A stretch of 34,757 nt of DNA from a virus: IMG/VR virus record IMGVR_UViG_3300046517_002090; one strand, written 5' to 3'. The stretch's first letter is position 1. Each line of letters starts with the position of its first letter. Of the stretch, positions 17,130 to 25,328 are shown piece by piece. A program made the translations under genes and the position numbers. Below the pieces are notes generated by a model that ran no database searches, was not told the DNA's origin, and worked only from the letters and a program-made list of their open reading frames with translations.

Positions 17130-18664
17130 TTGTATAACTCGTAGTAATTTATAGTATTGTAACCGGGATATTGAATTGTTATATCGCATAGCCTGCTCAT
17201 AGCGTCAAGTAAATCATCATGAATACCAACAGGAAAAGTGGAATACTCTTGTATGACAAATTCGTCTATCACATCTATTGCCTGGTTTTTATAATTGGTC
17301 TTGTATAATAACTTAGGCAAAAAGATTTTGCGATCAGCGAAATAGGATATCAACCGTCTAATGCGATCTTCTTTAGATACTTTACCGCCGACTTCTTGGA
17401 TATGAAATCTATAGTTGCGATCATCCATAGCCTTACGCAGCCAATCAGCATCGCATTGCATGCCATATTTCTCATAAACTACTGATTTAGGCTTGTATTT
17501 CGCATGTAGCTCAAATAGCTTTTCTTCCCGTTCTCGCACATTTAATCTATCTCGCACAAGGTCAACTAAGTATAAATTACCGTCACCTCCTGCGCCCATT
17601 ACAACTATTGCTGTATAATCAGAGTCTTTACTTTTGGAGTTGGCAGGATCCACGAATATGTAATAGTTCAGCGTCCCAAAAGTAAGCGCGTCATAATACA
17701 TCAGCCATTCAGTACGGAATTCGCCACCTCCTTCAGGACTTGGGCGTTGTTGATATTGGCCTGAGAAAGCATATGAACCGACTTCATTCTTAATACGTGC
17801 AATCTCTTCATGATCTATGCGAGATGGCTGCAAGAGATCGCCAGTCTTACGTTCGACATTAATATAGCCTTTGCTTAAGATCTCGTCGCATTCTGCTATC
17901 ATCGGCAGGCAAAGATGCTCCCAGCCGCCTTTAGCAAGAAGGTGGCCCGTTAAATCATCCTCATGCAATCTTTGCATAATAACTATAATGCAACCTGTGC
18001 GTTTGTCATTGAGCCTAGTTGAAAAAGTCTGATCGAACCATGTATTAGCTGATTCACGAAAAGCTGTTGATTCGCCCTGTTTAGCGCTGACTGGATCATC
18101 GACTATTAGATATTGCGCTCCTTCGCCAGTAGCTGTGCCGCCAACACTGGTTGCGATTCTATGTCCACGCGCGCTAGTTATAAACTTACGCTTGGTATTT
18201 TGATCGTCAACTATTTGTGTGGCAGGGAAGAGATCTTTATACCATTGCTGTTGCATTACCAATCTACAGTCTTGGGCATGCTTAAAGCTTAGATCTTGTG
18301 AATAGGAAGCACACATAATCTGTTCGCCCGGATTATGCCCTAGAAGCCATGCTGGGAATGCTACATTGACAGAAATGGATTTAAGATGCCGCGGTGGAAT
18401 ATTAATAATCAACCGCTTAATATCCCCGCGTTGGCAAGCAAGCAGATACTGTGCAATCAAATCTATATGCCAATTATGTATATAGTCGGCTTCTGGAGAG
18501 ACTGTGTTAACTACTTGTTGTATAAATGGAGCTAGATAGCGTCTTAGACCATCTTTGATCATGATGCGGTCTTCAGCTATTGGCATCTTGGCTCTTAGTG
18601 GACGCGGATAATAATTGTGTGTATGCCATAGCCCAATTTCTACGTTCTTCAACATTGGTAGCAT
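17126..18664 (-). CDS. terL: Terminase large subunit
   Basis: ATPase/nuclease architecture. Includes LIINIPPRHLKS, YLIVDDPVSAK (Walker-B-like) and a C-terminal nuclease segment ...YIFVDPANSKSKDSDYTAIVV... Confidence 0.9.
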   Translation of the reverse strand: MLPMLKNVEIGLWHTHNYYPRPLRAKMPIAEDRIMIKDGLRRYLAPFIQQVVNTVSPEADYIHNWHIDLIAQYLLACQRGDIKRLIINIPPRHLKSISVNVAFPAWLLGHNPGEQIMCASYSQDLSFKHAQDCRLVMQQQWYKDLFPATQIVDDQNTKRKFITSARGHRIATSVGGTATGEGAQYLIVDDPVSAKQGESTAFRESANTWFDQTFSTRLNDKRTGCIIVIMQRLHEDDLTGHLLAKGGWEHLCLPMIAECDEILSKGYINVERKTGDLLQPSRIDHEEIARIKNEVGSYAFSGQYQQRPSPEGGGEFRTEWLMYYDALTFGTLNYYIFVDPANSKSKDSDYTAIVVMGAGGDGNLYLVDLVRDRLNVREREEKLFELHAKYKPKSVVYEKYGMQCDADWLRKAMDDRNYRFHIQEVGGKVSKEDRIRRLISYFADRKIFLPKLLYKTNYKNQAIDVIDEFVIQEYSTFPVGIHDDLLDAMSRLCDITIQYPGYNTINYYELYK

Positions 18665-18723
18665 GGACCATATAATAATATATATCCGATAAGCTCTCTA
18701 ATACTTTTGCACGTTTTGATTCA

Positions 18724-19158
18724 TCATACCAAGCCGTTATCTCCACTGGACGCCTCCAAAGCTTTGTTTTCTGCAATGATATTTTGCCTAATACGATCGG
18801 CCAACATAGTTTCTAATTCATTAAGTTGCTCAACTTGTATTGGGCCCCCGTCTTTGCCGGAGAATTCATTGCGTTCTATGTAGCCGCGATCTTTAGCGCG
18901 AGTTTTAAGGAAGAAGATAGTCGAAGATGGCACATCAGCTTTAATCTGCTTGAATAAATGACTCTCAACAAAGTCTATGACTACCTCATGAGCTTCATCA
19001 CATAATGCTTTGAATTCTGGATCTTCATGTCTCATTGCATAATACCAACTACGAGCGCAACCTAACATATTGCATGTATCTGTGACATTACCCAGATTAT
19101 CCTTCAATACTTTAGGGAATTCTTTTTTAACGATGTCCATTTTGTCAAAAAGACTCAT
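18724..19158 (-). CDS. terS: Terminase small subunit
   Basis: N-terminal HTH (GNVTDTCNMLGCARSWYYAMR) and the FFLKTRAKDRGY motif. Lies directly upstream of terL. Confidence 0.8.
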   Translation of the reverse strand: MSLFDKMDIVKKEFPKVLKDNLGNVTDTCNMLGCARSWYYAMRHEDPEFKALCDEAHEVVIDFVESHLFKQIKADVPSSTIFFLKTRAKDRGYIERNEFSGKDGGPIQVEQLNELETMLADRIRQNIIAENKALEASSGDNGLV

Positions 19159-19220
19159 TACACAAATCTCATGATATATAATATATATATCAATAACATA
19201 TCTAGGCTTAGAAGAAAAGG

Positions 19221-19382
19221 TTAATCTTCATTGATACTTAAGATAACCACAGTCCCATCATTCCATGGTCTTTCATATGCCCTATTGACTTCAAGCAACA
19301 TCCTACAATCATAATCAAATACTTTGACCAAAGTATCTGGTGGGAAGTCTTCTAGGAATTCTATTAGGGTGCCAACGTTCAT
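19221..19382 (-). CDS. Small hypothetical protein (53 aa, not in track)
   Basis: Manual translation gives MNVGTLIEFLEDFPPDTLVKVFDYDCRMLLEVNRAYERPWNDGTVVILSINED. The N-terminus resembles a common small phage protein type, and also 29503..29733. No clear SD. Confidence 0.35.
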   Translation of the reverse strand: MNVGTLIEFLEDFPPDTLVKVFDYDCRMLLEVNRAYERPWNDGTVVILSINED

Positions 19383-19409
19383 GAGTATAATAGGGTAAGT
19401 TGTATATTA

Positions 19410-19556
19410 TTACCAACCGAAAATACTAATTTGGGTAGGCATATTTTCTGGTTGTGGATGTTGTAATATATACTCGAGTGCAATGCAATATCCAATTAAG
19501 AAGCAAAAAATGCATATATAGAATACGATGCTTTTTACATTAATATTACGAAGCAT
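19410..19556 (-). CDS. Possible 48-aa single-pass membrane peptide (not in track)
   Basis: Manual translation gives MLRNINVKSIVFYICIFCFLIGYCIALEYILQHPQPENMPTQISIFGW. Hydrophobic core, weak SD. Confidence 0.2.
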   Translation of the reverse strand: MLRNINVKSIVFYICIFCFLIGYCIALEYILQHPQPENMPTQISIFGW

Positions 19557-19625
19557 CTTAAACTATTGATTATTCTGTGTATTTATTATATTGGTTATAT
19601 ATGTAATATCAATAAGGTTTTATAA

Positions 19626-19970
19626 ATGCTCGAAGCTGATATATGCCAAGAATTTTACGCGCAATACGAGGAGTTATCTTTGCTTGGACAGTTTAAATCC
19701 GATCCTTTAGTATTCCATGTGCCAAATGAACGTAGAACATCACAACAATACGGTGCTAAGCTAAAGCGCATGGGCGTAGTATCTGGGGTTGGAGATTATT
19801 GCGTGGTATACGAAGGAGGGAGAGTTGCATTCATAGAATTCAAACGAAATGCCAAGTGCAAACTATCTATTGCCCAAGAGCATTTTAAAAACAGCTGTGA
19901 AGACCTAAAAGTCCCATATTTACTCACTTATAGAGTAGATGAAGCAATAGATTTTTTAAAATCTTTATAA
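19626..19970 (+). CDS. VRR-NUC domain nuclease (114 aa)
   Basis: ...GVVSGVGDYCVVYEGGRVAFIEFKRNAKCKLSIAQEHF... matches the VRR-NUC D...E.K core. Confidence 0.7.
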   Translation: MLEADICQEFYAQYEELSLLGQFKSDPLVFHVPNERRTSQQYGAKLKRMGVVSGVGDYCVVYEGGRVAFIEFKRNAKCKLSIAQEHFKNSCEDLKVPYLLTYRVDEAIDFLKSL

Positions 19971-20037
19971 TACATGTTGCGCTTTTGACGTAATGCGCTA
20001 CAATATCTCCGTACAACGCATAAATTGGAGTAAAGAC

Positions 20038-20196
20038 ATGCGCAACCCTATATTCGATTACATCAATGATCATTTTCTTATGGACCAAAGGGATTTTTAT
20101 GAGTCATATTATAAGAATAACAATTTAAAGGAAAAGTCATACGAAGATCTTAATCCTGAAACTGGGTTAGATCCTAGTCCTGAGGAATACGCATAA
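20038..20196 (+). CDS. Hypothetical acidic protein (52 aa from ATG 20038)
   Basis: SD GGAG lies 7 nt upstream of ATG 20038. The track start at 19993 lacks an SD. Confidence 0.4.
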   Translation: MRNPIFDYINDHFLMDQRDFYESYYKNNNLKEKSYEDLNPETGLDPSPEEYA

Positions 20197-20263
20197 TGGA
20201 AATATTATTAGCTTATATCGTAATGGCATTAAGTGCTATTGCGATGACAATTTTCACATACGA

Positions 20264-20605
20264 TTAAGTTTCTAAGCGCTTAATATCACGTTCTATCGTA
20301 GCAATATCTAATTGCCAAATCTTAGGGGCCTTCCTATTAAACGGCTTAGGAGCCCCTACGATGTCGTTCTTTACATATCCCTTATCTAGAAGCCTATTTA
20401 ATGAATTCTGCACCTTAGAATGGTTTGCAGCGCCAAGAAAGATGCTTCCGGCTATACATTCCACACTTGCCGCAATAGGTGCAACGAATCCATTGCTAAT
20501 AAACATCTCCAATATCATCGCTTCAATGTGATTACATCCACAGATACGGAAGATGTCTTCATGTATGAAAATAATTCTGGTATTACGTTTATGTGTCAGA
20601 AGCAT
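20264..20605 (-). CDS. Winged-helix DNA-binding protein (113 aa)
   Basis: ...SKVQNSLNRLLDKGYVKNDIV... is a wHTH-like segment. Lies downstream of the initiator-like gene. Confidence 0.45.
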   Translation of the reverse strand: MLLTHKRNTRIIFIHEDIFRICGCNHIEAMILEMFISNGFVAPIAASVECIAGSIFLGAANHSKVQNSLNRLLDKGYVKNDIVGAPKPFNRKAPKIWQLDIATIERDIKRLET

Positions 20606-20612
20606 AAGTTAT

Positions 20613-21737
20613 CTATCGCTTTTTGGGGTTGCGGTCTGTGATGTCATTTCGACGGTAGAAATCATCTAACATGTCAGCTATCTCGTCATTTTCTGCATCA
20701 TCGATGTAATTAACTCTCTCAACGGGTTTGTGAATAATTGCCTGAGTATAAGGCGTTTTCTTCGGTAGCTCAAAGATTTGCTCAGTATGTGACTTGTAGG
20801 CTGATGCACGCGAAGGTGGATTCGATGAGCTCTTCTTGAAAGCGCATCGTCTGTGTAGAGGGATATATGCATTGCCGAGCTCCTTACGTAAAATGATTGT
20901 TGTTTTTAAATGTGGAAAGAATTGATAGGACATCTCATGTTCTGATATCCCATCTGGATACTGGAGAGCTTTAGCTTGCCTATATTCCTCAATGATTCCT
21001 TCTTGTTGCAGATATGACGGTCCTACTTGCTCGTTTAAGAACTCAAGTGTTGATCCTTTTGGCCACCAAGTCATTGGATCAATGATTTTGGGTCGTCGTA
21101 TTCGGGGAGGCTTTTTCTGCTCTGCTACTAAAGAGTCATCAGACGAAAAACTAGTGGTACTACTAATAGTTCTTCTTTCTTCTTTCTTTAAGAAGGAAGT
21201 AGAAGGGATGTGCGCAATTTTTTTGCGCGCTGGTGAGAACTTTTTAAATGGCTTATCTTCGGACCATAGACGGACATTAGGATCAACATCTAATAATGTA
21301 TAATTGTTATTGCCGGGTATGATTTGACCTAAAGGATTGCGATAGTAGGTCTGGTTGACTTCCAAATATCCAGAATCAACTAAGTCATTGAGATATAAGG
21401 TTAAAGAGCGTTTTTTGATCTGATAACCAGAAGTCTGGTAAATCCACTCCATTATATATTCCTTTGAGAAGTCTTTAGTGTTGCCTATGCCAACGTTGGC
21501 ATACATAAAGACTTGTAGGAAGTATAACTTCCGTGCTCGTTTGTTCATATGTTTATACGCCTGCAATCGTTGTCGCTGATTATAAAATGTAGATTTACTT
21601 TGTGGCTTATTACCAGAGAAATCATTGGAAATCAATGAGTTATGATCAAATGCAATGTTTGCATAATTTAAAACATCAGCTGAATTGTGATTTTGTGCTT
21701 GTGTTTGTGTTTGTGTGAGGTATGTTTTGATCATCAT
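20613..21737 (-). CDS. Replication-initiator-like winged-helix protein (374 aa)
   Basis: ...KRSLTLYLNDLVDSGYLEV... wHTH segment and a basic central linker (KKPPRIRRPK). It is the only sizeable DNA-binding ORF in the early-left operon. (ACACAA)n encodes TQTQTQAQ at the N-terminus. Confidence 0.4.
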   Translation of the reverse strand: MMIKTYLTQTQTQAQNHNSADVLNYANIAFDHNSLISNDFSGNKPQSKSTFYNQRQRLQAYKHMNKRARKLYFLQVFMYANVGIGNTKDFSKEYIMEWIYQTSGYQIKKRSLTLYLNDLVDSGYLEVNQTYYRNPLGQIIPGNNNYTLLDVDPNVRLWSEDKPFKKFSPARKKIAHIPSTSFLKKEERRTISSTTSFSSDDSLVAEQKKPPRIRRPKIIDPMTWWPKGSTLEFLNEQVGPSYLQQEGIIEEYRQAKALQYPDGISEHEMSYQFFPHLKTTIILRKELGNAYIPLHRRCAFKKSSSNPPSRASAYKSHTEQIFELPKKTPYTQAIIHKPVERVNYIDDAENDEIADMLDDFYRRNDITDRNPKKR

Positions 21738-22174
21738 TGACCTGGAAGGATATGATAGTTTAAAGGCTCCTCATGGGAGCCTTTTTGCATGAATGTTTCA
21801 CAAGATACGCATTTCAATGCATATAAGCAACAAAAATCATAGAATATAATACCTATATTTTTCAGATACTTACGCAAATCCTTAACATTACTATTGAATA
21901 TGCCAAATAGCGTACTTATTATAGTGGAATTATTTTTAGATAGATTCTCCTTATTTACTAACGACTTATCAATTCTTGTAACAACTCTATTACTAAAAAT
22001 ATTAGATTCTGCTTGCTCTGTGATGATGTTGGTGTAAAAAGGAGTCATATTCACTTCTACTTTGGTGTTGTAAGGAATTAGAGAATCGGGGGATGCTCGA
22101 GAAAAAGGTCGCTTCATGCGGCCTTTTTCTTTCCTATATATGTCTTTTCCAAAATACGCTTTCTTCAAAAGCAT
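21734..22174 (-). CDS. Doubtful ORF (146 aa) spanning an AT-rich, terminator-bracketed region
   Basis: Present in the ORF track only. Two intrinsic-terminator-like hairpins lie inside it (22102..22128 and 21762..21786). Composition is typical of AT-rich non-coding DNA. Confidence 0.25.
   Translation of the reverse strand: MLLKKAYFGKDIYRKEKGRMKRPFSRASPDSLIPYNTKVEVNMTPFYTNIITEQAESNIFSNRVVTRIDKSLVNKENLSKNNSTIISTLFGIFNSNVKDLRKYLKNIGIIFYDFCCLYALKCVSCETFMQKGSHEEPLNYHILPGQ
21762..21786. terminator. Hairpin AAAGGCTCC-TCATG-GGAGCCTTT followed by TT
   Basis: Perfect 9-bp stem and 5-nt loop. The T-run is on the plus strand and the A-run on the minus-strand side. Confidence 0.5.
22102..22128. terminator. 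Bidirectional terminator-like hairpin AAAAAGGTCGC-TTCAT-GCGGCCTTTTT
   Basis: 11-bp stem (one G.T) with A5 and T5 arms on both sides. Confidence 0.5.
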
Positions 22175-22320
22175 AGCAACTACTATTGTTATATTATATG
22201 TGACTGCAATTCGCTTTGCAATTCAGCCTCTTAGCAAAAATCGTAACTTTGCGTTCAAGAAAAACTCATAAATATTTATTGCTGTCATAATTTTTTCTAG
22301 ACTTTTTGTATAATCATTAT

Positions 22321-22461
22321 ATCTTCCAAGAACCTTTCTTTACTCCAAATTCAGTTGGGTATGTGGCCAGCTCTCATAGGTTGAATGCCACATGTGGTTT
22401 GCATAACATATTTATATGTGTAAAAAGACCCTTTCAGTGTCAGTTCTGAAAGGGTCTTTTT
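22321..22461 (+). ncRNA. Candidate ~140-nt small RNA (promoter-to-terminator unit without an ORF)
   Basis: TG-TATAAT at 22307..22314. Internal hairpin ATGTGGC/GCCACAT (22361..22393). Terminator at 22427..22461. Only 7-12 codon ORFs inside. Lies between minus-strand genes. Confidence 0.3.
22422..22461. terminator. Strong bidirectional intrinsic terminator
   Basis: AAAAA-GACCCTTTCAG-TGTCAGTT-CTGAAAGGGTC-TTTTT: perfect 11-bp stem flanked by A5/T5. Confidence 0.85.
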
Positions 22462-22509
22462 ATTTGTAGAATATATTGCTCTAAGCCAGATAATATCTTA
22501 CAATGAGGC

Positions 22510-22543
22510 TCCCTGATATGTATATAGGTAACCTTATCAGGGA
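22510..22543. other. 9-bp inverted repeat TCCCTGATA / TATCAGGGA with a 16-nt loop
   Basis: Seen directly in the sequence. Lies 3' of gene 22590..22799. No U-tract. Confidence 0.5.
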
Positions 22544-22589
22544 ACTTTATAATCCTTAACTATTGCAGAATTTGCAAGAAGACAGATAA

Positions 22590-22799
22590 TTAATCTTCGT
22601 CATATGCTCTACGTTTCCCTGGAGATGCCATTTTGACATTTTTGAGCGCAGGATTCTCACGTTTAGCCATAGGAGAAGCTTTCCTAGTAGAGGCCGCTAA
22701 TATAGCGGCAGCACGATCTTTTGGCAGGTTCTCTTTGCGCATTATAGATTTCTCGGCCTTTTCGAAGCCCATGTGTTTTTTAGCAGGTTTTTTTTCCAT
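22590..22799 (-). CDS. Small basic protein (69 aa), related to 32229..32387
   Basis: SD AGGA lies 7 nt upstream. The GF.K.E.S.......P.DRAAAILAASTRKA pattern resembles KGFSENIRREVEAGKPQKQAVAIAYSEAR of the other copy (DUF6496-like from memory). Confidence 0.55.
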   Translation of the reverse strand: MEKKPAKKHMGFEKAEKSIMRKENLPKDRAAAILAASTRKASPMAKRENPALKNVKMASPGKRRAYDED

Positions 22800-22834
22800 G
22801 AAAGATCCTATGTATTACAATGGTTTAGATAACC

Positions 22835-23029
22835 TTACAGCGTAGCTATATATTTTGCACGACGTTTTTTGAGTATTTCTGTAAATACTTTATACTCAGC
22901 TTGCTCTCTAGTAAGACGATGATCGTATTCTAAAATGGCTGCTCTCTCATCAAAAAGATATTTCTCATTATGATCTAGAAGTAGATAAAAACGCCTAATA
23001 GCTACATCTTTAAGTAGGTTGATTTGCAA
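22835..23029 (-). CDS. Hypothetical protein (64 aa, TTG start)
   Basis: SD AGAGGA lies 7 nt upstream of TTG 23029. The ERAAILEYDHRLTREQAE motif is common in small phage early proteins. Confidence 0.5.
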   Translation of the reverse strand: MQINLLKDVAIRRFYLLLDHNEKYLFDERAAILEYDHRLTREQAEYKVFTEILKKRRAKYIATL

Positions 23030-23381
23030 TAAACAATCCTCTAAAAGCCACAGAAGTTTTTACAAATAGATCAGTATCTACGAGTAACATCATGAGCGTA
23101 CGCAGCATATCTTGCAATGGAATGCCTGTTTCATCTCCTATGGGCTTTAAGATTGCCATAAGCTTGTCATTGTTCATCTCACCCCATGCTTGTTTTTGGG
23201 ACTCAATCATATCAATAATTGAATATACGATAATCGCCTTTTGCTCAAGAGTTGGAGAAGATAAGCTCTTGATATATCTACCATATTCTCCGACATTGTG
23301 GAATTTAGGTTGCTTTAGAATCTCTAAAGCTTCTTGCATTTTGTCTATGTGTTTGATTTCATTGCGGGATAATTTAGACAT
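23010..23381 (-). CDS. Hypothetical protein (123 aa)
   Basis: ORF track only. Confidence 0.5.
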   Translation of the reverse strand: MSKLSRNEIKHIDKMQEALEILKQPKFHNVGEYGRYIKSLSSPTLEQKAIIVYSIIDMIESQKQAWGEMNNDKLMAILKPIGDETGIPLQDMLRTLMMLLVDTDLFVKTSVAFRGLFIANQPT

Positions 23382-23424
23382 GTAAGCTCTAATATAGTAT
23401 ATATATCAAAAGCTTATATATTGC

Positions 23425-23459
23425 ATACGAACTGTCAAGGATTACTTAACAGTTCGTAT
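23425..23459. other. Perfect 11-bp hairpin ATACGAACTGT-(13 nt)-ACAGTTCGTAT
   Basis: Seen directly in the intergenic region between 23523..24449 and 23010..23381. No U-tract, so it could be an operator, an RNA-processing site or an attenuator. Confidence 0.5.
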
Positions 23460-23522
23460 AGTGGCTATTAACTTGTAAAAACTAACTTAATAGCTCATAC
23501 AGTAGCTAGTAACTTATAAGGA

Positions 23523-24449
23523 TTAGAATTTTACTATTTGGCCTATTGTTGATTTAATAGCGTCTACATGCATTCCTTCAGAGGGGATCTTAGAGTTCTT
23601 ATCAATGATAGTATTTATGACATTGGACTTTAAAATCTCTATAGTAACTTTTTTATCTTCTTCATTAGCAGGAATATGTAACCCTGTAACATACGCAAAC
23701 ATGTCTGTATATGTAATCCCAAGATCTTGATTGATTTCTGGTATTTTAAGATTTGTTAATTTCTCTACACACCATGTAGCACAGTTATGAGCTTTAAACT
23801 TATCTTGATCTGTTGGCATACAGAATCCAGCCATGCCTCCAAGTACACTTCCTGTTAAAATAGTTCCAGTAAATACTCCCATTCCCATAGCAGGAGCTAC
23901 AATTGCAGATCCTGGAACTATAGGGGCTCCCATGATGCCTGTTGCAAGAGCTCCAAAGCCTAATCCTAAATAGCTCAAGAATCTTCCTCTTTCATCTCTA
24001 TCCTTTAATTCAGCGGTTTTGAGAAGACTTGTATTCCCTACGACTGCATATTTTGGAGGATTAGCGATATCAAGATTGATGCTCGCTATTAATTCTGCAG
24101 CCTTTTCAGAAGAAATAGCCCATGTTTTCTGGCCTACTTGGTCTATTGTCCACTGAGCATTCTCATCACCCCATAATATAGATTTAAGTTGCCCTTCTAC
24201 TTGAGCGTCTTTGAATATAAAACGTGTATTCTGTACTACTCTACATGTGACTTCATCAGCTTCTACCCCAATTTCTTTGCGATACAATGCATTGGGTTCC
24301 TGAAGTAGAATAAAAGCATGATGTGATGTAACCTTGCTATTTATCATACTTTTTGCTGATAATTTGCAGAATGAAACTGCATGTTGAGTTTCATTAATGT
24401 CTATATTCTCATCAAAGACGCTATGAGTTAAGTTTAGTTTTGTTTGCAT
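23523..24449 (-). CDS. ORFan membrane protein (308 aa) with a central glycine-zipper TM region
   Basis: GLGFGALATGIMGAPIVPGSAIVAPAMGMGVFTGTILTGSVLGGMAGF segment. SHHAFILLQ ... KAHNCATWCVEKL is a possible His/Cys pair. Confidence 0.6.
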   Translation of the reverse strand: MQTKLNLTHSVFDENIDINETQHAVSFCKLSAKSMINSKVTSHHAFILLQEPNALYRKEIGVEADEVTCRVVQNTRFIFKDAQVEGQLKSILWGDENAQWTIDQVGQKTWAISSEKAAELIASINLDIANPPKYAVVGNTSLLKTAELKDRDERGRFLSYLGLGFGALATGIMGAPIVPGSAIVAPAMGMGVFTGTILTGSVLGGMAGFCMPTDQDKFKAHNCATWCVEKLTNLKIPEINQDLGITYTDMFAYVTGLHIPANEEDKKVTIEILKSNVINTIIDKNSKIPSEGMHVDAIKSTIGQIVKF

Positions 24450-24549
24450 AAGTATACCTATAAAATTGTTAAGACAAAATGTCTCACAACTAATTTTATA
24501 AAATTCTCAAGTAACTTACCAGAAAAGAAATGTTAAGTTTTTAAAGAAG

Positions 24550-25242
24550 CTATTCTAGTCCCCTAAATTCTTCTCCTGTTTGCAGGAGAGCTGCGTGTTT
24601 CTCTCGGAATGATTGCTTACTTGCTTGTGCGCGACCACCTATACCGCTATACTTACATAGAAATGGGGCTTCTAAGAGAGATTCTATGGGTTCTTGGAGA
24701 TAGCGAATCACATTGTCTCGATGATTTTGCTGATATCGAACATTATCTTGATATGTAGTCCACAAAATCGCAATAGTTGGCAATGGCGTTAAAATCCATG
24801 GGATAGCATCATAACGATATAATATATAAGTAGGCAAGATAACACACACTGCCCCGACTTTACCTAAAAACTGTATCAGACGAGGAAGTAAATGATTGGG
24901 ATAATTGCCAAGCACAGCATCCATACGTAATTTAGCGCGATCAGCTTCCGTTAGAAAATTCATCCACTCAGGCTCATTGACATCATGATTGATTGGATAA
25001 GTAGGATCAGACTTTACTAATTGCTCAAGATCTTCAGAGAGTTTCTTTCTAGTATGCCCCAAAACATCTGAATTTAGATCATCATTATCATATATCATGC
25101 CACGTTTTTTCCTGCATTCTCGTACTTTCTCTCGATATTGAAGCATCTGTTGTTCAAACGCTATAAGATCAAGCTTTTGATACCATTGTATATTACGAGC
25201 GCGCGTTAAAAGCTCATTTTGCGTGAATTTTCCTTCTAGCAT
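24550..25242 (-). CDS. ORFan membrane protein (230 aa), first gene of the early-left operon
   Basis: SD GGAG lies 9 nt upstream. Two predicted TM helices (GKVGAVCVILPTYILY, IPWILTPLPTIAILWTTY). Confidence 0.6.
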   Translation of the reverse strand: MLEGKFTQNELLTRARNIQWYQKLDLIAFEQQMLQYREKVRECRKKRGMIYDNDDLNSDVLGHTRKKLSEDLEQLVKSDPTYPINHDVNEPEWMNFLTEADRAKLRMDAVLGNYPNHLLPRLIQFLGKVGAVCVILPTYILYRYDAIPWILTPLPTIAILWTTYQDNVRYQQNHRDNVIRYLQEPIESLLEAPFLCKYSGIGGRAQASKQSFREKHAALLQTGEEFRGLE

Positions 25243-25264
25243 GGTAAATACTCCATATTAGTTG

Positions 25265-25293
25265 TTGACGTATTTGCTGCAAAGTAGTACAAT
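25265..25293 (+). promoter_or_regulatory. Sigma70-type early-right promoter TTGACG-17-TACAAT with the palindrome TTTGC-T-GCAAA in the spacer
   Basis: Hexamers at 25265..25270 and 25288..25293 with exactly 17-nt spacing. TATTTGC is repeated at 25271 and 25293. Confidence 0.5.
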
Positions 25294-25328
25294 ATTTGCA
25301 CTAAAGCAATATTAAAATATAGGTACGA

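Noticed and set aside
18573-18776. A 67-aa ORF bridging the terS-terL junction
   Set aside because: It overlaps both terminase genes in a third frame, and has no SD and no recognisable features.
20196-20267. A 23-codon hydrophobic micro-ORF (MEILLAYIVMALSAIAMTIFTYD) coupled by TAATG to the preceding gene
   Set aside because: It is too short to support without conservation or expression data. It might be a real membrane peptide, but I cannot substantiate it.
21693-21716. A hexanucleotide repeat (TTGTGY)x4 at the 5' end of the initiator-like gene, as a phase-variation tract
   Set aside because: The unit length is a multiple of three and encodes TQTQTQAQ. Copy-number change would not shift the frame, so it is at most a length polymorphism.
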